Source of the DNA: Felis catus
Taxonomy: Eukaryota
DNA: 64,000 nucleotides
Assembly: GCF_018350175.1 (NCBI RefSeq)
Contig: NC_058368.1
Location: 220,040,001 to 220,104,000, forward strand
Direction: 5' to 3'
This document shows positions 49,456 through 62,785 of this stretch, piece by piece (position 1 is the stretch's first letter; each line of letters opens with the position of its first letter). Below the pieces are notes generated by a model. The model saw only the letters and a program-made list of their open reading frames with translations. It did no database searches and was not told the DNA's origin. A program made the position numbers and the translations under genes.

Positions 49456-51106
49456 AATTTACATCAAAGTTAGTTAGCATATAGTGCAATAATGATTTCA
49501 GGAGTAGATTCCAGTGTATACCCCTATGTGTAACACCCAGAGTATATCCCAACAAGTGTCTTCCTTACTCCCCTTTACCATTTAGCCCATCCCCCTCTCA
49601 AAATGCCTCCAACAACCCTGTTTGTTCTCTGTATTTAAGAGTCTCATATGTTTTGTCCCCCTCCTTGTTATTATATTATTTTTTGCTTCCCTTCCTTTAT
49701 GTTGCATCTCTTTTGTATCTTAAATTCCTTTTATGAGTGAAGTCATATGCTATTTGCCTTTTCTGACTAATTTCACTTAGCATAATATCCTCTAGTTCCA
49801 TCCACGTAGATACAAATGGCAAGAGTTCATTATTTTTGATTGCCAAGTAATATTCCTTTGTATATATATACCACATCTTTATCCATTCATCTTTCGATGG
49901 ACATTTAGGATCTTTTCATACTTTGGCTATTGTCAATAGCTCTGCTATAAACATTGGGGTGCATGTACCCCTTTGAACGGCATACCTGTATCCCCTGGAT
50001 AAATACCTAGTAGTGCAATTGCTGGGTCATAGGGTAGTTCTATTTTTAATTTTTTGAGGAACCTCCCTATTGTTTTCCAGAGTGGCTGCACCAGTGTGCA
50101 TTCCCGCCAGAAGTGCAAAAGAGATCCTCTTTCTACACATCCTTGCCAACATCTGTTGTTGCCTGAGTTGTTAATTTTAGCTATTCTGACTGGAGTAAGG
50201 TGGTATCTCATTGTGGTTTTAATTTGTATTTCCCTGATAACGAGTCATATTGAGCATGTTTTCATGTGTCTGTTTGCCATATGCATATCTTCTTTGGAGA
50301 AGTGTTTATTCATGTCTTTTGCCCATTTCTTCACTGGATTATTTGTTTTTTGGGTGTTGAGTCTGATAAGTTCTTTATAGATTTCTGATACTAACCCTTT
50401 ATCTGATATGTCATTTGCAAATATCTGTTCCCATTCCATTGGTTGCTTTTTAGTTTTCCTGATTATTTCCTTTGCTGTGTAGAAGCTTTTTACTTTGATG
50501 AGGTCCCAATAGTTCATTTTTGCTTTTGTTTCCCTTGCCTCTGGAGACTTGTTGGGTAAGAAGTTGCTGCAGCTGAGGTCAAAGAGGTTTTTTCCTGGTT
50601 TCTCCTCTAGGATTTCGATGGCTTCTGTCTTACATTTAGGTCTTTTCATCCATTTTGAGTTTATTTTTGTGTATTGTATAAGAAAAAAGTTCTAGGTTCA
50701 TTTTTCTGCATGCTGCTGTCCAGTTTTCCCATGACCATTTGCTGACGAGACTGTCTTTATTCTATTGGATATTCTTTACTGCTTTGTCAAAGGTTAGTTG
50801 GCCATACGTTTGTGGGTCCATTTCTGGGCTCACTATTCTGTTCCCTTGATCTGAGCATCTGTTTTTGTGCCAGTACCATATTGTCTTGATGATTACAGCT
50901 TTGTAATATATCTTGAAGTCCAGGATTGTGATGCCTCCAGCTTTGGTTTTCTCTTTCAGGATTTCTTTGGCTATTCAGGATCTTTTCTGGTTCCAGACAA
51001 ATTTTAGGATTGTTTCCATTTTTTTTTTGTATCTTCTTCAATTTCTTTCATAAGCTTTCTATAGTTTTCAGTGTAAAGATTTTTCACCTCTTTGGTTAGG
51101 TTTATT
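49171..51106 (-). mobile_element. 5'-truncated felid/carnivore L1 (~1.7 kb net) with ORF2 C-terminus, 3' UTR and TSD
   Basis: ORFs 50245..50649(-) and 49945..50211(-) ([25 protein letters not shown]...[14 protein letters not shown]) are frameshifted ORF2; TSD aat(g/a)ttactaatc(a/c)ctttc at 49152-49170 and 51107-51125. Confidence 0.95.
49193..49404 (-). mobile_element. Can-SINE inserted in the L1 tail
   Basis: TSD agttaattgt at 49183-49192 and 49405-49414; followed by (GT)n 49413-49452. Confidence 0.95.
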
Positions 51107-51342
51107 AATATTACTAATCCCTTTCAATGATTAACAAACCTGAATCAGAACCAGTTTTACATATCCGTATCATGAAGAAGATACCACTCAACTGCTAAGG
51201 AAAGAGCGGAGAATAACACTATTTAAAACAAGACATTATTATAAAATGGTATAATTAACAAATCTTCAAATCTAAGTGGGTGGCCCATACTCTAGTAATA
51301 GAAAGGTATATTAAACAAAATTGAGGAAATAAAGAAACTTGA

Positions 51343-51567
51343 GGGACGCCTGGGTGGTGCAGTCGGTTAAGCGTCCGACTTCAGCCAGGTCACGATCTCG
51401 CGGTCCGGGAGTTCGAGCCCCGCGTCAGGCTCTGGGCTGATGGCTGGGAGCCTGTAGCCTGTTTCCAGTTCTGTGTCTCCCTCTCTCTCTGCCCCTCCCC
51501 CATTCATGCTCTGTCTCTCTCTGTCCCAAAAATAAATAAACGTTGAAAAAAAAATTTTTTTAAAAAT
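51343..51567 (+). mobile_element. young Felinae SINEC
   Basis: cgtccgacttcagccaggtcacgatctcgcggtcc; TSD aaacttga. Confidence 0.97.
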
Positions 51568-53442
51568 AAACTTGAAACATTGAAATGAAATACTGCCTTT
51601 CTAATATATGGAGAAACAGTGTTTCTTTATTACTTTATTTATTAATATATGGGGTGTGGGAAATCACTGTACAGTGTGCTTGTCCTTAAATGTGCAAAAA
51701 CCTTAAATTTTCTACAGAGTTCTTTGCAGTGAATTTAAGTAAGTATAGATTGAAAATTCCATGTATCACTCCAGGCTAGTTGACATTTCATAACTATTTA
51801 TATCCAAAGGATTAAATCTACTATATTAATGTTAGTGTATTAACCAGCACCTTTGTCTCAACTGAGCATTGGACAGTGGAATGCATATCTACACACAGGA
51901 AAGAAACTCAGAACTGGAAATATTAAGTGGCTCAGATCACAGATTTCACAGAAATATAATAGGATTGGGTTGGGTAATTTCTAAATTCCTTTTCAAGCAT
52001 GGCATTACTATAACAAAAGGTCGAGAAAAAATTAATTTGTCATAGGTGGCATTTTCAGCATTATTGCTTGTTTCACAAGAAAAGTTGCTCAAATTAAAAC
52101 TTATAAAGCCATGTAAGAAATAATTCCCAGAGTCTAAAGACAATTAGCATAGGAGATTTTCAGGAATGAAACAAAACAAAACAAAAAGCCCATCCACTGG
52201 CTTTTATTTTACTATTAAATATTTTACAAGGCTCTTTTTTGTTTGGCAACTGCTATGTAGTTTTCAGCATTACAAAACTTCATGGGATTCTATAGACTAT
52301 GCCATTCATTCACCTGTTGGTTAATCAATTAAGTCATTAATACATCAAATATTCATTGAATATGTTAAATGGGTCAACTAGTGTTTGAATCATACAAAAA
52401 TTAAATCCAATCCTGGAGAAGGCAGAAGCCATCAGCACTGAAAGCATTAGAATGGTCTTCACCTGACAAGATACAAGTCCATTATAATTTCCTTTGATTG
52501 ACTACATCCTGGGAAAGTTGTCAGATAATCTAGAAGACCTATGTCCTTTCAATTTTAATTGGTCACAAAAAGGTTATCACCATGATAACAGCCATCAAAT
52601 CTTTTGGAAGATCTTAATATTTTTAAAAGCGTAATATGAAGTAAGAGTAATTTATTAAAAAACACTTTTGCCCAGTAGAGGGTTAATTTACAAGTTTTAT
52701 AATTAGAAGACACTTATATTGAAATTTTGATTTACTCCTTCTAGGCCATACAGTTATTAAAAGTTACTGAAAGGTAAGGCAAATCCTCACCCATTGTACA
52801 ATTAGGCAGTTAATTCTAAATTTCTTTATTTCAGATATTTTCTTAAGAATTGAAAACAGTTATACTGTCATAGCATGCACTCTCAAGGAATCCTGAGAAA
52901 AAAATCAACTTAAAATGAGAAACTTGGTTTTCCAAGAAACATTTAAATCTTTATATTTATACCTCAACCAATGCAAAATGAAAAGTGACTTGACATAATT
53001 CCTTGCTATGAAAGTTATTTTATGATCCCATCAAAAGATTAACCATAAAGGTACAAAGATACGCTTCATGCAAAAATCTTAGTTACAAAAAAGGATAGAA
53101 CATGATATGTAAGCATTTTTTTTGCTAAACATAATAATCCTCAAAGTTGCTGATTAGATGTCAACATTTCTTGAAAAAGTAAGCAGATTAGTATTTCCAG
53201 ACTAAACTTCAATTCAGCCCTTTGCTTCCTTTTATTAGGTGAACATTCTAAACGACAATTTCTGCTTATGCCTGCAGTTGACTTCATTGTATTAAAAAGA
53301 TGATTGTTCATACATATTTTCTTATGGAAGTTTTCCAGTTAAATTTGATCTCAAGTTTAAAGTCCTATTCTCCTGTATGTCCCTCAACCCCAAACTGAAC
53401 TATGCATTGTGTTGTATCAGGAATAAAAATATGCAGACAACA

Positions 53443-53652
53443 GGGGTGCCTGGGTAGCTCAGTGGGTTGAGAATCCAACTCTTGATTTCAGCTCAGGTCA
53501 TGATCTCAGGGTCTCTAGAACTGGTCCTGCGAGGAGCCCTGCATTGAGCCACATGCTGAGCATGGAGCCTTCTTAATATTCTCTGTCTCTTGCCCCACTC
53601 CCCCACTAGCACTCTCTCTCTCTCTAAAAAATAAAAAAAAATTAAAAAAAAA
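53443..53652 (+). mobile_element. Can-SINE (older type)
   Basis: ggggtgcctgggtagctcagtgggttgag...ctcttgatttcagctcaggtcatgatctc. Confidence 0.93.
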
Positions 53653-53809
53653 TACGCTAAGAAAATACACTGATAACATAGGAACCACTGGAAGTAGCCA
53701 TACAGTTCCAGTCTGGGTGGGGGGGAGATTATTTTACTAATACATTACAAAGTTCCTAAAAATGCCAAAAAATATTCTTATGAATTTTCTGTTTAGCTTT
53801 CTCATTTTA

Positions 53810-54032
53810 TTTTATGTTTTAATTTTTTTTATTACGTTTCTTTATTTTTGAGAGGCAGAGAGAGAGCGCAAGTGGGAGAGGGGCAGAGAGAGAGGGAGAC
53901 ACAGAATCTGAAGCAGGCTCCAGGCTCCGAGTTGTCAGCACAGAGCCCGACGCGGGACTTGAACTCATGGACTGTGAGATCATGACCTGAGCCAAAGTCA
54001 GACGCTCAACCAACTGAGCCAACCAGGTACCC
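53810..54032 (-). mobile_element. Can-SINE with 13-bp TSD
   Basis: TSD ctttctcatttta at 53797-53809 and 54033-54045. Confidence 0.95.
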
Positions 54033-54049
54033 CTTTCTCATTTTAATAC

Positions 54050-54700
54050 TATGTCACCTTGGATAATCTGGAACTATTTTTCTAGGAATTCTCTTCTCTG
54101 CATGGTTTCCATTTAGAGTGTAAAAAAGGGAGAGAAAATGGAGATTTGGAGGCAAAAGTAAAACAGCATACACTAACTTCTGAAGGTCATTGCAATGCGG
54201 TGAGACAAGAGAAAAATTCAGAGATGCTGTTAGTTTTCCACTTGTATTTACTCTACTCCTTGTGTGAAAGCTAACAAATAAATACCAACAAGTTCCTATT
54301 TGCTGTTCTCACCTACTGCATCCAGCTCTTTCTCCCAGCTGCTGACCCAGTGGATTCTCAGTTAGCTCAGGCCTACCACCAGGCATAGAAGCAAAATCAT
54401 TGTACTTTCCTGTTCAATCCTGCCTGAAACAGTTACTCATGCCAGAAGTAATTCTAGAGGAAATAAAAATTAAAGATGTGGTACTCAGTGGTCCTCTTAT
54501 CTGATTTGATTTAAGGATCTAAATGCCTCCCTGCCAGTGTTAAAAGGGACATCAGAAGGCCACGTCAGTGGGAAATTCCTTCAATTATCACCTGTAGACA
54601 CCTGTACTCAAGTTCATACTGAAAGTATAGTTTTAATTTATCAAGTAGGTTCTAGAATATTAGAATATCTCAGTGAAAATAAGGAGTATAAGGGAGTTGG
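54050..54700 (+). mobile_element. probable old ERVL LTR plus start of internal region
   Basis: ggaactatttttctaggaattctcttctctgcatggtttcc...gagatttggaggcaaaagtaaaacagc; later agaagtaattctagaggaa resembles an ERVL leader. Confidence 0.4.
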
Positions 54701-55949
54701 GGGAGGGTTTCTTCCAGGTACACTGAGAAACGGATAGAGAAAGAAACATATCAGATCAGGGCAAATTCTCAGGTCAAGGCCCATATCAGAAACCAGAAAC
54801 CTACTATGACTGCCTTAAAAGGAACCTTCATTTGTTACAAACATATCTCTGCATTTCTAAAAACCACAAACCAAGATTAAAATGTGACCTGAATATAGTG
54901 CAAATTGAATTTATGAGTGTCTACAATGTTAAGTATGATGAGGAAGTTGTGGGACTCTGGAACTTGAGGTTTCATATGAACAGATTATGAAGGCACTTTG
55001 GATCGTCGTAAAAGGAAGAAATGAATCTTCCTTTTAAATAATATGCATGTATAGTCCTACTATAATTTATTAACCTTTCTGTTTTTTTTTTCATACAAAT
55101 ACTTGTAACAGGAAGTGGAGTAGGATGTCTTCTGGTCTTGGTATAAGTATTGGAACCCTCAGTTAAAATCAAGATACACTTAAACCCCTATACTCCATGA
55201 AAGCAACTATCAATTGAATCCTAATAGCTTTCCCCAGGGCTTATTAACATGCCTCAGAGTCATCTGGCATTCGATGACATTCCTTCTGTTACCCATATAA
55301 AAAAATTTAGAGAGGGAATTGCACAATTTATGCCAAGAAATGTCCTTTTTTTTCTTATTAGGCATATAATTCAGAGAATCACTCAGAAATTGGATTGCTT
55401 ACAATGGGACTGAAATCCCATTTTCCTGTTGGATATCAAATTCATCAACATACTTGTTATTATAAATCCATACCTTACTAAACAAAGAAGCAGAGGACTT
55501 TAAAGATTTGGCAAAAGTTGAGAGAGGATTTTAAGAAAGGTATTGGGCTGAGGCTGTATTTTCCCTGTTTGTCAACAATGAATTGATTTCCTGTTGGTCA
55601 GGTGGAGAATGCAGAAGGCTGAACTGGAACCAACCATAAGAACCATATTCAAAAGGGCTAAAAATAATTGTTTTGTGGAGTAGAGTGCACCATTCCTAAT
55701 GGTGTCAGAAGTTAACAGGGATTGGGGAGATGAAAGGGTCAAGCTTGGTCCACAAAATTATAAAGACAGGAGGTCCCACAGGTCCTCAGAAAAATTTCTT
55801 GATTTGACATTAGAGGTCTACTCCCTAGAGATAACAAGTAAAGGGAGGTGAATAGGACACTATAGAATAATATTGATGGAGGAAGAAGAGTGAAAGAAAC
55901 CTACATAAATAGAAGTTTGGTCTGGACTTGGAAAACCATGAGGACAGAG

Positions 55950-56474
55950 TGGGCTGGACTTAATTTAATTTGGACCCCTTAAGTCATGTCAATATATAAC
56001 CCCCTTGCCTTGACTGTGAATGGATATTGTGACTTGATTCTAGAAAATAAAATGTGGAAAAAGTAAAGGGGTGTTGCAGATGTAATTTAAGTGCCAACAC
56101 AGTTGACTTGGGGTTAATATGAAAAGAGATTATCCCAGGTGGGGCTAACTTAATCAGATGAAAACCTTTAAAATAGCGGCTTCTGGGGTGAGAGACTCTC
56201 TTCTACTGGCCCTGTAGAAGCATGAAGTAATGGTTACACAGCATCAGGGAAATTAATTCTACAACAACCATGTAAACTTGGAAGGAGACCTGGTTCTCAA
56301 TGGTACCCCAGACCCGGCTGACACCTTGATTACAGTCTGGTGAGATACTGAGCAGGGGACCCAGTTAAGTTATGCTTGAACCCCTGAACCAAGAAAACTG
56401 TGAGATCATAAATAGGTTCTGTGTTGGCTGCTATGCTGTGGTAATGTGTTACGCAGCAGTAGAAAACTAATTCA
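55950..56474 (+). mobile_element. MLT1E-like MaLR LTR
   Basis: ttgcagatgtaatt...cagttgacttgggg...ggctgacaccttgattacag...gcagcagtagaaaactaattca. Confidence 0.8.
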
Positions 56475-57019
56475 ATATGTGTTGTTTCCAAACACGTACA
56501 GTTATCTCATAAACCCAGGCAAAGCACCTCGGAATGCAACAGATCAACCCATGAATTATGTCATTAAAAAATATTCCTGACAGGAAAGAGTCACAGCTGC
56601 ACAGCCTATGAACAGTACAAATGGTGTAGGTTTGGTAGCAGTGCTGCAGGACCCACGCAGAGGCAAAGGGGAGCTTTGAGAAAAATCTAGGAGGTTGGTA
56701 ACTCAGAAGTCACCAAAATAGGCATTCCCATTATTTCCATTAACCTATATTCTAATCAGCAACACAGAAGTCACCAAAAAAGCAAAAAACAAAACAAAAC
56801 CAAAAACACAAGTATTCATCCTCTTTCTCTATACTTATTCCTGCTTTCTGAGTGAAAATCTCATAGAGAAGAATTAAGAACATTTAACATTGGGACAAAT
56901 CCTCACTAACTCTCAGTTGTAGGTGAATGCTAAGATAAAATAAGTTAAAAAAAAAAGAAAAACTCATCAAGAGATTCATTAACAAAATGTGGGAGAATCA
57001 GGGAGGTTTTGGAAAACAG

Positions 57020-58380
57020 GAAATTATCTGGAAAATGAGAATATCACAACCATATCACACACAATGGACAAGAAAAAATTCCAAAGGGATCACATATCTG
57101 AATGTAAGAAAATAAAACTATATAAGTACTGGAGAAAAATGTGAATGAACTGCATTATAGCTTAGGAATGTAAGATGATCATTTTATAGATGTGATTCAA
57201 AATATGAAAACAATAAAATATTTTAGACTACATGAAAAAAAAGATTTTTTTCTTCCAAAAAAACACTGCAAAGAAAAAATACAGCTTACATAATGAACAA
57301 ATATAATTCAACAATAATTCAACACTCTAAAGACAAATGATGCAGTTAAAAATGGGCAAATTATTTGAATAGACATTTTACCAAAAATATATACAAATGG
57401 CCAATAAGCACACGAAAAGATGTTCAACATCATTTGTCATTAGAGAGATGCAATTCAAAGCCATGGGGATGAATGAAACCATATCACTAAGACAGAAAAA
57501 ATAAAAAGACAGATAACAAGTATTATGATGTGGAGAATTTGGAATCTCATTTATTGCCGGTGGCAACGTAAAATATATATTTCACATAATTCTATTATAG
57601 TGTTTAGCAATCTTCCTTTTCTACTGCAGAAAGTTGATTTTTTATGACATGGTTACATGTTATTCTACAATATCATAAAAATAGGTGAAGATTTATATAA
57701 TCTTAGAGACCAAGAGCTTTTACTTTTTTTTTTTTTTCTTTTCAAGTAGGCTTCATGTCCAGCCCGGAGCCCAACACGGGGTTTGAACTGACCACCCTGA
57801 GATCAAGACCCTTAGATAAAGACTTGAGTTGAGATCAAGAGTTGGACACTTACCCACCTGAGCCATCCAAATGGCCCCAGGGACCTTCTCCTAAGTGTGA
57901 CCCATAATCAGGAAACTTTAAAGAAAACATTGATAAATTTCCCTACCTAATAATTAAAGTCTTCCATACAGGAACAAAAAGTAACCATCAGGTGTCAAAT
58001 ACAAACAAAAATTCAAATTGGGAACACACAGAACATAACTTCTCAATGAATAAATGTTAACATTGTACAACTTTTGAAAATAAATACAATACTAAAAGGC
58101 TCATCATAAAAATCAGATAGTACAGAATCCAGATTATAAAATTCCATTTACTACTGGTATAAATTTCAAAAGAAAAAATAACTAACTTTAGTTTCACAAA
58201 AAATAATTACACAATGAAATTAAAACAAGAACAGAAATGATTTCATCTAACATATTGGCAAAGATTAATTAACAATCCTTGCAGTGTGTGATAGCTTGTA
58301 TAAATATCACTAATAGGAGTGTAAATTGGAATGGCCTTTCTGGATATCACTTTTGTGATTATTTATTAAAAACTTAAAAT
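57020..58380 (+). mobile_element. ancient L1 ORF2 3' fragments (interrupted by a SINE)
   Basis: aaaatgggcaaa...gaatagacatttt...caaatggccaataagcacacgaaaagatgttcaacatca resembles KWAK..NRHF..QMANKHMKRCSTS. Confidence 0.7.
57724..57878 (-). mobile_element. short old Can-SINE variant without (CT)n tract
   Basis: T-tail directly adjacent to caagtaggcttcatg; repeated gagatcaagac motif. Confidence 0.8.
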
Positions 58381-58513
58381 ACAGAATCCAAAGCAGGCTC
58401 CAGGCTCTGAGCTGTCAGCACAGAGCCCAATGCGGAGCTCAAACCCATGAACCGTGAAATCATGACGTGAACCGCAGTTGGATGCTTAACCGACTAAGCC
58501 ACCCAGGGGCCCC
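58380..58513 (-). mobile_element. Can-SINE lacking its 3' tail
   Basis: acagaatccaaagcaggctcc...gccacccaggggcccc. Confidence 0.9.
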
Positions 58514-59039
58514 TACGGTAAATTTTCAAAAAAACGTGTAATGTAGCACTTTTTGATGCACACAGAGATATGACTCTTTCTGCCCAGGATCACAGAAGTA
58601 AAGGCAACTAGATATTGGGCACCACTCTCACACTTCCCGTGTGTTTTGTTCTTCATACTCGGTTTTTTATTCCCTCTCCACTGGTTCAGGTCTACATTGT
58701 TAGCAGTTATGCCTGTTTTCTAAGCAAGATACTCCCGTGATATTCTCTTACCTTTGACAATCTGTAAACATGGGATCAATTCTTCAGGCATTAAAAAAAA
58801 AAAAAATTGGACCAGTCATACCAAAACAAAGGGACCCTGGGATTCTTGGTTACTTAAGAATATCCAAATAGATTACAGGATATGTGAAACATGTTTCAAA
58901 CTTAACAAAAATACTGAAGTTTGTTGTCTTTGTTGACTTTGCCAAACATGTGTTTATCAAAGACTTAAAATGCTAGTGCACAGTCTTTTTTACATTAATT
59001 TGCAGCATAACAAACCCAAGGGAGCTGTTTTCATTTAAC

Positions 59040-59529
59040 TGTAGACAATATTCTCTGAACAACACTCTGATCAGTGAAATGGTACAGGTCAACATTACCC
59101 ATGTTCACAAAAGATAATGGCATAATCTTTCACTTTAAGGTGAAAATTAACTGGAAGGGAAGTCCCAATAAACTGAAAAAATGGCCACACTAGAGTTTAG
59201 CCTATGGAGTGGTAGTAGATTTAAAATCATACCTTTCCAAATACACACAAAAATTTTAAACTGTGCCCAACCAAGTCACGATGCTCTTGAGGACTTAAAT
59301 GTTTTTAGACTACTAAACTTTCCAGTAATTCCTTAGTTTACAAATTCTGACCAGTCTCTGCCCAAGCCTTTCATAGGACTAGCTCTGGTATATGACACCT
59401 TTAAGAACCCTCTCTCATTCTTCCTTTTGGAGATCATCTATATTTGCCTTGGTGCTTCCTCACTCGCTGAAAGGAGTCAAGAAACTTAAACTTGTTTGAA
59501 TAGAATGCGTTCTTGGGGGTCTGTTGGCA
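59040..59529 (+). mobile_element. old ERV1-type solo LTR (MER110/MER90-like)
   Basis: TG..CA ends; tttaagaaccctctctcattcttccttttggaga...cttggtgcttcctcac...caagaaacttaaacttg resembles the recalled U3/R/U5. Confidence 0.5.
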
Positions 59530-60248
59530 CTGAGATTGAAATAAGTAAATGGAATTTAAAAAGGGGTTTTGCTAAGCAATGGCATTCCATTATTTGAAAA
59601 AATTCCCAAATATATGCTGAAAATCAATAGGGATTTGCCTTGAAAATTATAACTAATGTTCTGGTCACTGACAGCGCACTTAGATTCCTTTCACTTTTTG
59701 AAAGAAAACAACTAGCAATCAATAGGTATAAAAAGGGATATTGTTATCCAGCCATTTACTTTTTCAATTCTAGTGCCAGAGTTTTTCATTTGGGGATAGG
59801 TGTGGGATGTAGCATGACTACATATGGGACAGATCAGAGATTCTCTTTTCTTTGTGAAGATAGGGAAAAACTCATTAACGCAGGGATGGTAAGCATATAT
59901 AATCTGCCTGTTTTTCTGGAAGCAGGCATGTTTTCAGGCTGTGAATAGATGGGCGTTGTGAACTAAAAACAAATTTGCTTAAAACTATCTTTGCACCTGT
60001 AACCTAAAGGTAGTCTCCTGGTACTTACATAATTACGTATAATGTAGTTTGAGGATCCCCAGCCCAAGCTGTCCAGAATTGGGCATTAATTGTTACACTA
60101 AAACTCTTCAACTGAATCCACATCAGGTAGTGAACTACACATGGAATTTGGGGATCAATTTGAATGTGTTGTAATCATATATTCCCTTTTGTCCATTTTC
60201 TAGGCAAGATTTCATTAGTTTGTGTTAATATACCTATTAGAATTTTTA

Positions 60249-60461
60249 TTTTTATTTTTTTTTACATTTACTTATTTTTGATAGAGAGAGACAGGGCACA
60301 GATGGGGGAGGGGTAGTGAGAGAAGGAGACAGAATCCAAAGCAGGCTCCAGGCTCTTAGCAGTCAGCACACAGCCCGACACAGGGCTCGAACTCACAAAC
60401 CATGAGATCATGACCTGAGCCGAAGTTAGACACTTAAGTGACTGAGCCACCCAGGCGCCTC
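60249..60461 (-). mobile_element. Can-SINE with 17-bp TSD
   Basis: TSD acctattagaattttta at 60232-60248 and 60462-60478. Confidence 0.97.
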
Positions 60462-61202
60462 ACCTATTAGAATTTTTAAAACCCATTATTCAAAACGTCC
60501 TCAGATATCTTTACAAATATCAATTTTTAAACAAATGACAGTGGTGAAAATAATAAAATGAAAGTTACTTGGAAAAATCTGGAAAAAAAAAAGCAATTGC
60601 ATCCAAAAATCTACAAAAAAGGTACAGATTTTCAATAAAAATAACAAACAACAATAAATTAAAGTTATGGTTTAAGGATCATAACTAAAAACTTACTTCA
60701 TTTCTCTGGGGCCAGGGACAAAGAAAAAAGATTATTGGTAGAAAATAAAACTGCCAGTGATAATGAGACTAAAGTGACTTGAGATGGGAGGAACATAAAA
60801 GAAATGGTGAGATGATGGCATAATTAAGCCTCCTAGCTAAAGCTCGGTGAAACACACATGACACGATCTGAGGCTAGCTGTGATAATTATTTTATATGTG
60901 TCTTAGAAACATATGGCACCCTGAAATGATGTGTCCACATATGTTGTTGTGTAATGAGTTTTCTTACTGTGCTTATGTAGATTAGTTATTCAAGTGTAGC
61001 ACAGAGCATGATACCACCTGTCATTTTTCTAACTGTGTCACAGACTGTAAAATTAGTGTACTGCACACTTAGGCAGGGAAGGTGGTGATTACTAACACTG
61101 AACATTTTACACTGGGAATGACATCCTATTAACTTATGCATAATCAACTCTCATTTATTGGTAGTTCTGGAAGAGCATACAAAATCCAAAAATAGAAAAT
61201 AA

Positions 61203-61203
<1 letters not shown>

Positions 61204-61246
<43 letters not shown>
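61204..61246. repeat. (TG)n microsatellite
   Basis: direct reading. Confidence 0.95.
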
Positions 61247-61249
<3 letters not shown>

Positions 61250-62129
61250 AGATGTGGCTGTGAAGACAGCACTTAGCTTTTGAACAGAACATTGATGCAA
61301 AAGGATATGAAAAAAAGGTCTGTTATTTCTTTATTTCTTAATAACTTGATGCAGTAATTCTTGTTTGAAAGTTACATTTTTCTATTGATGTATAACAATT
61401 TGAATTTTTTCTGTCACAATATTTTTGGGAAAGAAATTTGAAAAGCCTGGCCCAGAGTATAAGGCAATTATTAAAATCTAAAGACATACATAATAAATGA
61501 CCTTTATAACAATGCATGGTTGAAAAATGCATGGCTGTATTTAAATGACTATATTTACATTAATATTTTTAAATGAAATTCTAGAGGAGACTTAACTGAC
61601 TGTATTCTCTATGAGAAAAGGGATAATCTTGCTGTCTACTTTGTAGTTGCAGTAGACCTTATTAAGGGCAACTGTATATTATATTTGAACATTATAGCAG
61701 AATGAAAATTCTTCTTAACTGAGAACAGAGTATTACTTCAAAAGGTATAAATTATTGCTTATTATTACTAAAAAATTAAAAACATATTATCATATTTTAA
61801 AAATCAGACAAATCAGAAGACTTGAATACTTGTTATAGTGGAAATTTCTTTTTAAAACAATCTCTGACTCTCTCTTACTAAATGATTGATGTATAATCTA
61901 TTAAGAGTTTGTATTATCATAATTTTCCAAGGATTTTATCTCATACATACACGCACACACGTGCAAACAAATGACTTCATATTCCATTTCATTTCATTTC
62001 TTTGGGATCATAATGTTTATATAATTTTGAGAAAAGCTCTCTTTCTTAATCCTAATTAAATATTGTTATTATTCTTATCGAACTATTTATTGTATCAGAT
62101 GTTTTCTTATTTCTTGGCGTGGTATTATA

Positions 62130-62753
62130 CATCAAAGTTAAGCATCCATGGAAAACAGTATGAGGTTTACATGCAGGATATATATTGTGGTGCTTTGATA
62201 AAAATATCTTGGAAATGTTAGAGATGTAGGGCTGAGTGTAGAAAGAAGTTGAATGGTAACACTATCATAACCAAGGTCTCAGCCTCTGTCTTTCCAGTTT
62301 GATGCAACAGGGGAAAGGTCTTATATATCAAACATCACCTAGTCATTGCTTCCAGGCTGTTCCTGAGATTAGCTGCGCTCTTGAGTAAAGGGGCTCTCTT
62401 TAGTTGAACGTCATCAGAGATACATTTAGCGGAGAGTCATTATCCCCAGGAGCTGGAGGAATGAGTGTCTCAGTCCTCTGGGAGGTCTGAACCCTGCAGT
62501 ACAGAATCCACTACAATCCATTATGTTCCATCCTTTGCACTGCTTAGAGCCACCTATTTCATACAATATTCATAGCTAAGGTAGGTACTTCCCTTTAGAG
62601 TCTGTTATCTTTTCCAGGAGAAATTGGTATGAATCAGGTACTGGGACAAACAATTCCAAGTCTGTAACTGATGCTGTATTAGTCAGGGTTTTCCAGAGAA
62701 AAAAGAACCAGAAGGATACATGTGTGTATATATGTATGTATGTATGTATGTAA

Positions 62754-62785
<32 letters not shown>

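Noticed and set aside
49945..51041. ORFs of 84-134 aa as a protein-coding gene
   Set aside because: They are frameshifted pieces of L1 ORF2 (or its antisense) inside a TSD-bounded truncated L1
54700..55950. Possible retroviral or Gypsy pol remnant
   Set aside because: Composition is suggestive, but I could not read any RT, RNase H or integrase motif; needs a Dfam search
59640..59948. 102-aa plus-strand ORF in unique DNA
   Set aside because: TTG start, no recognisable protein family or convincing splice context
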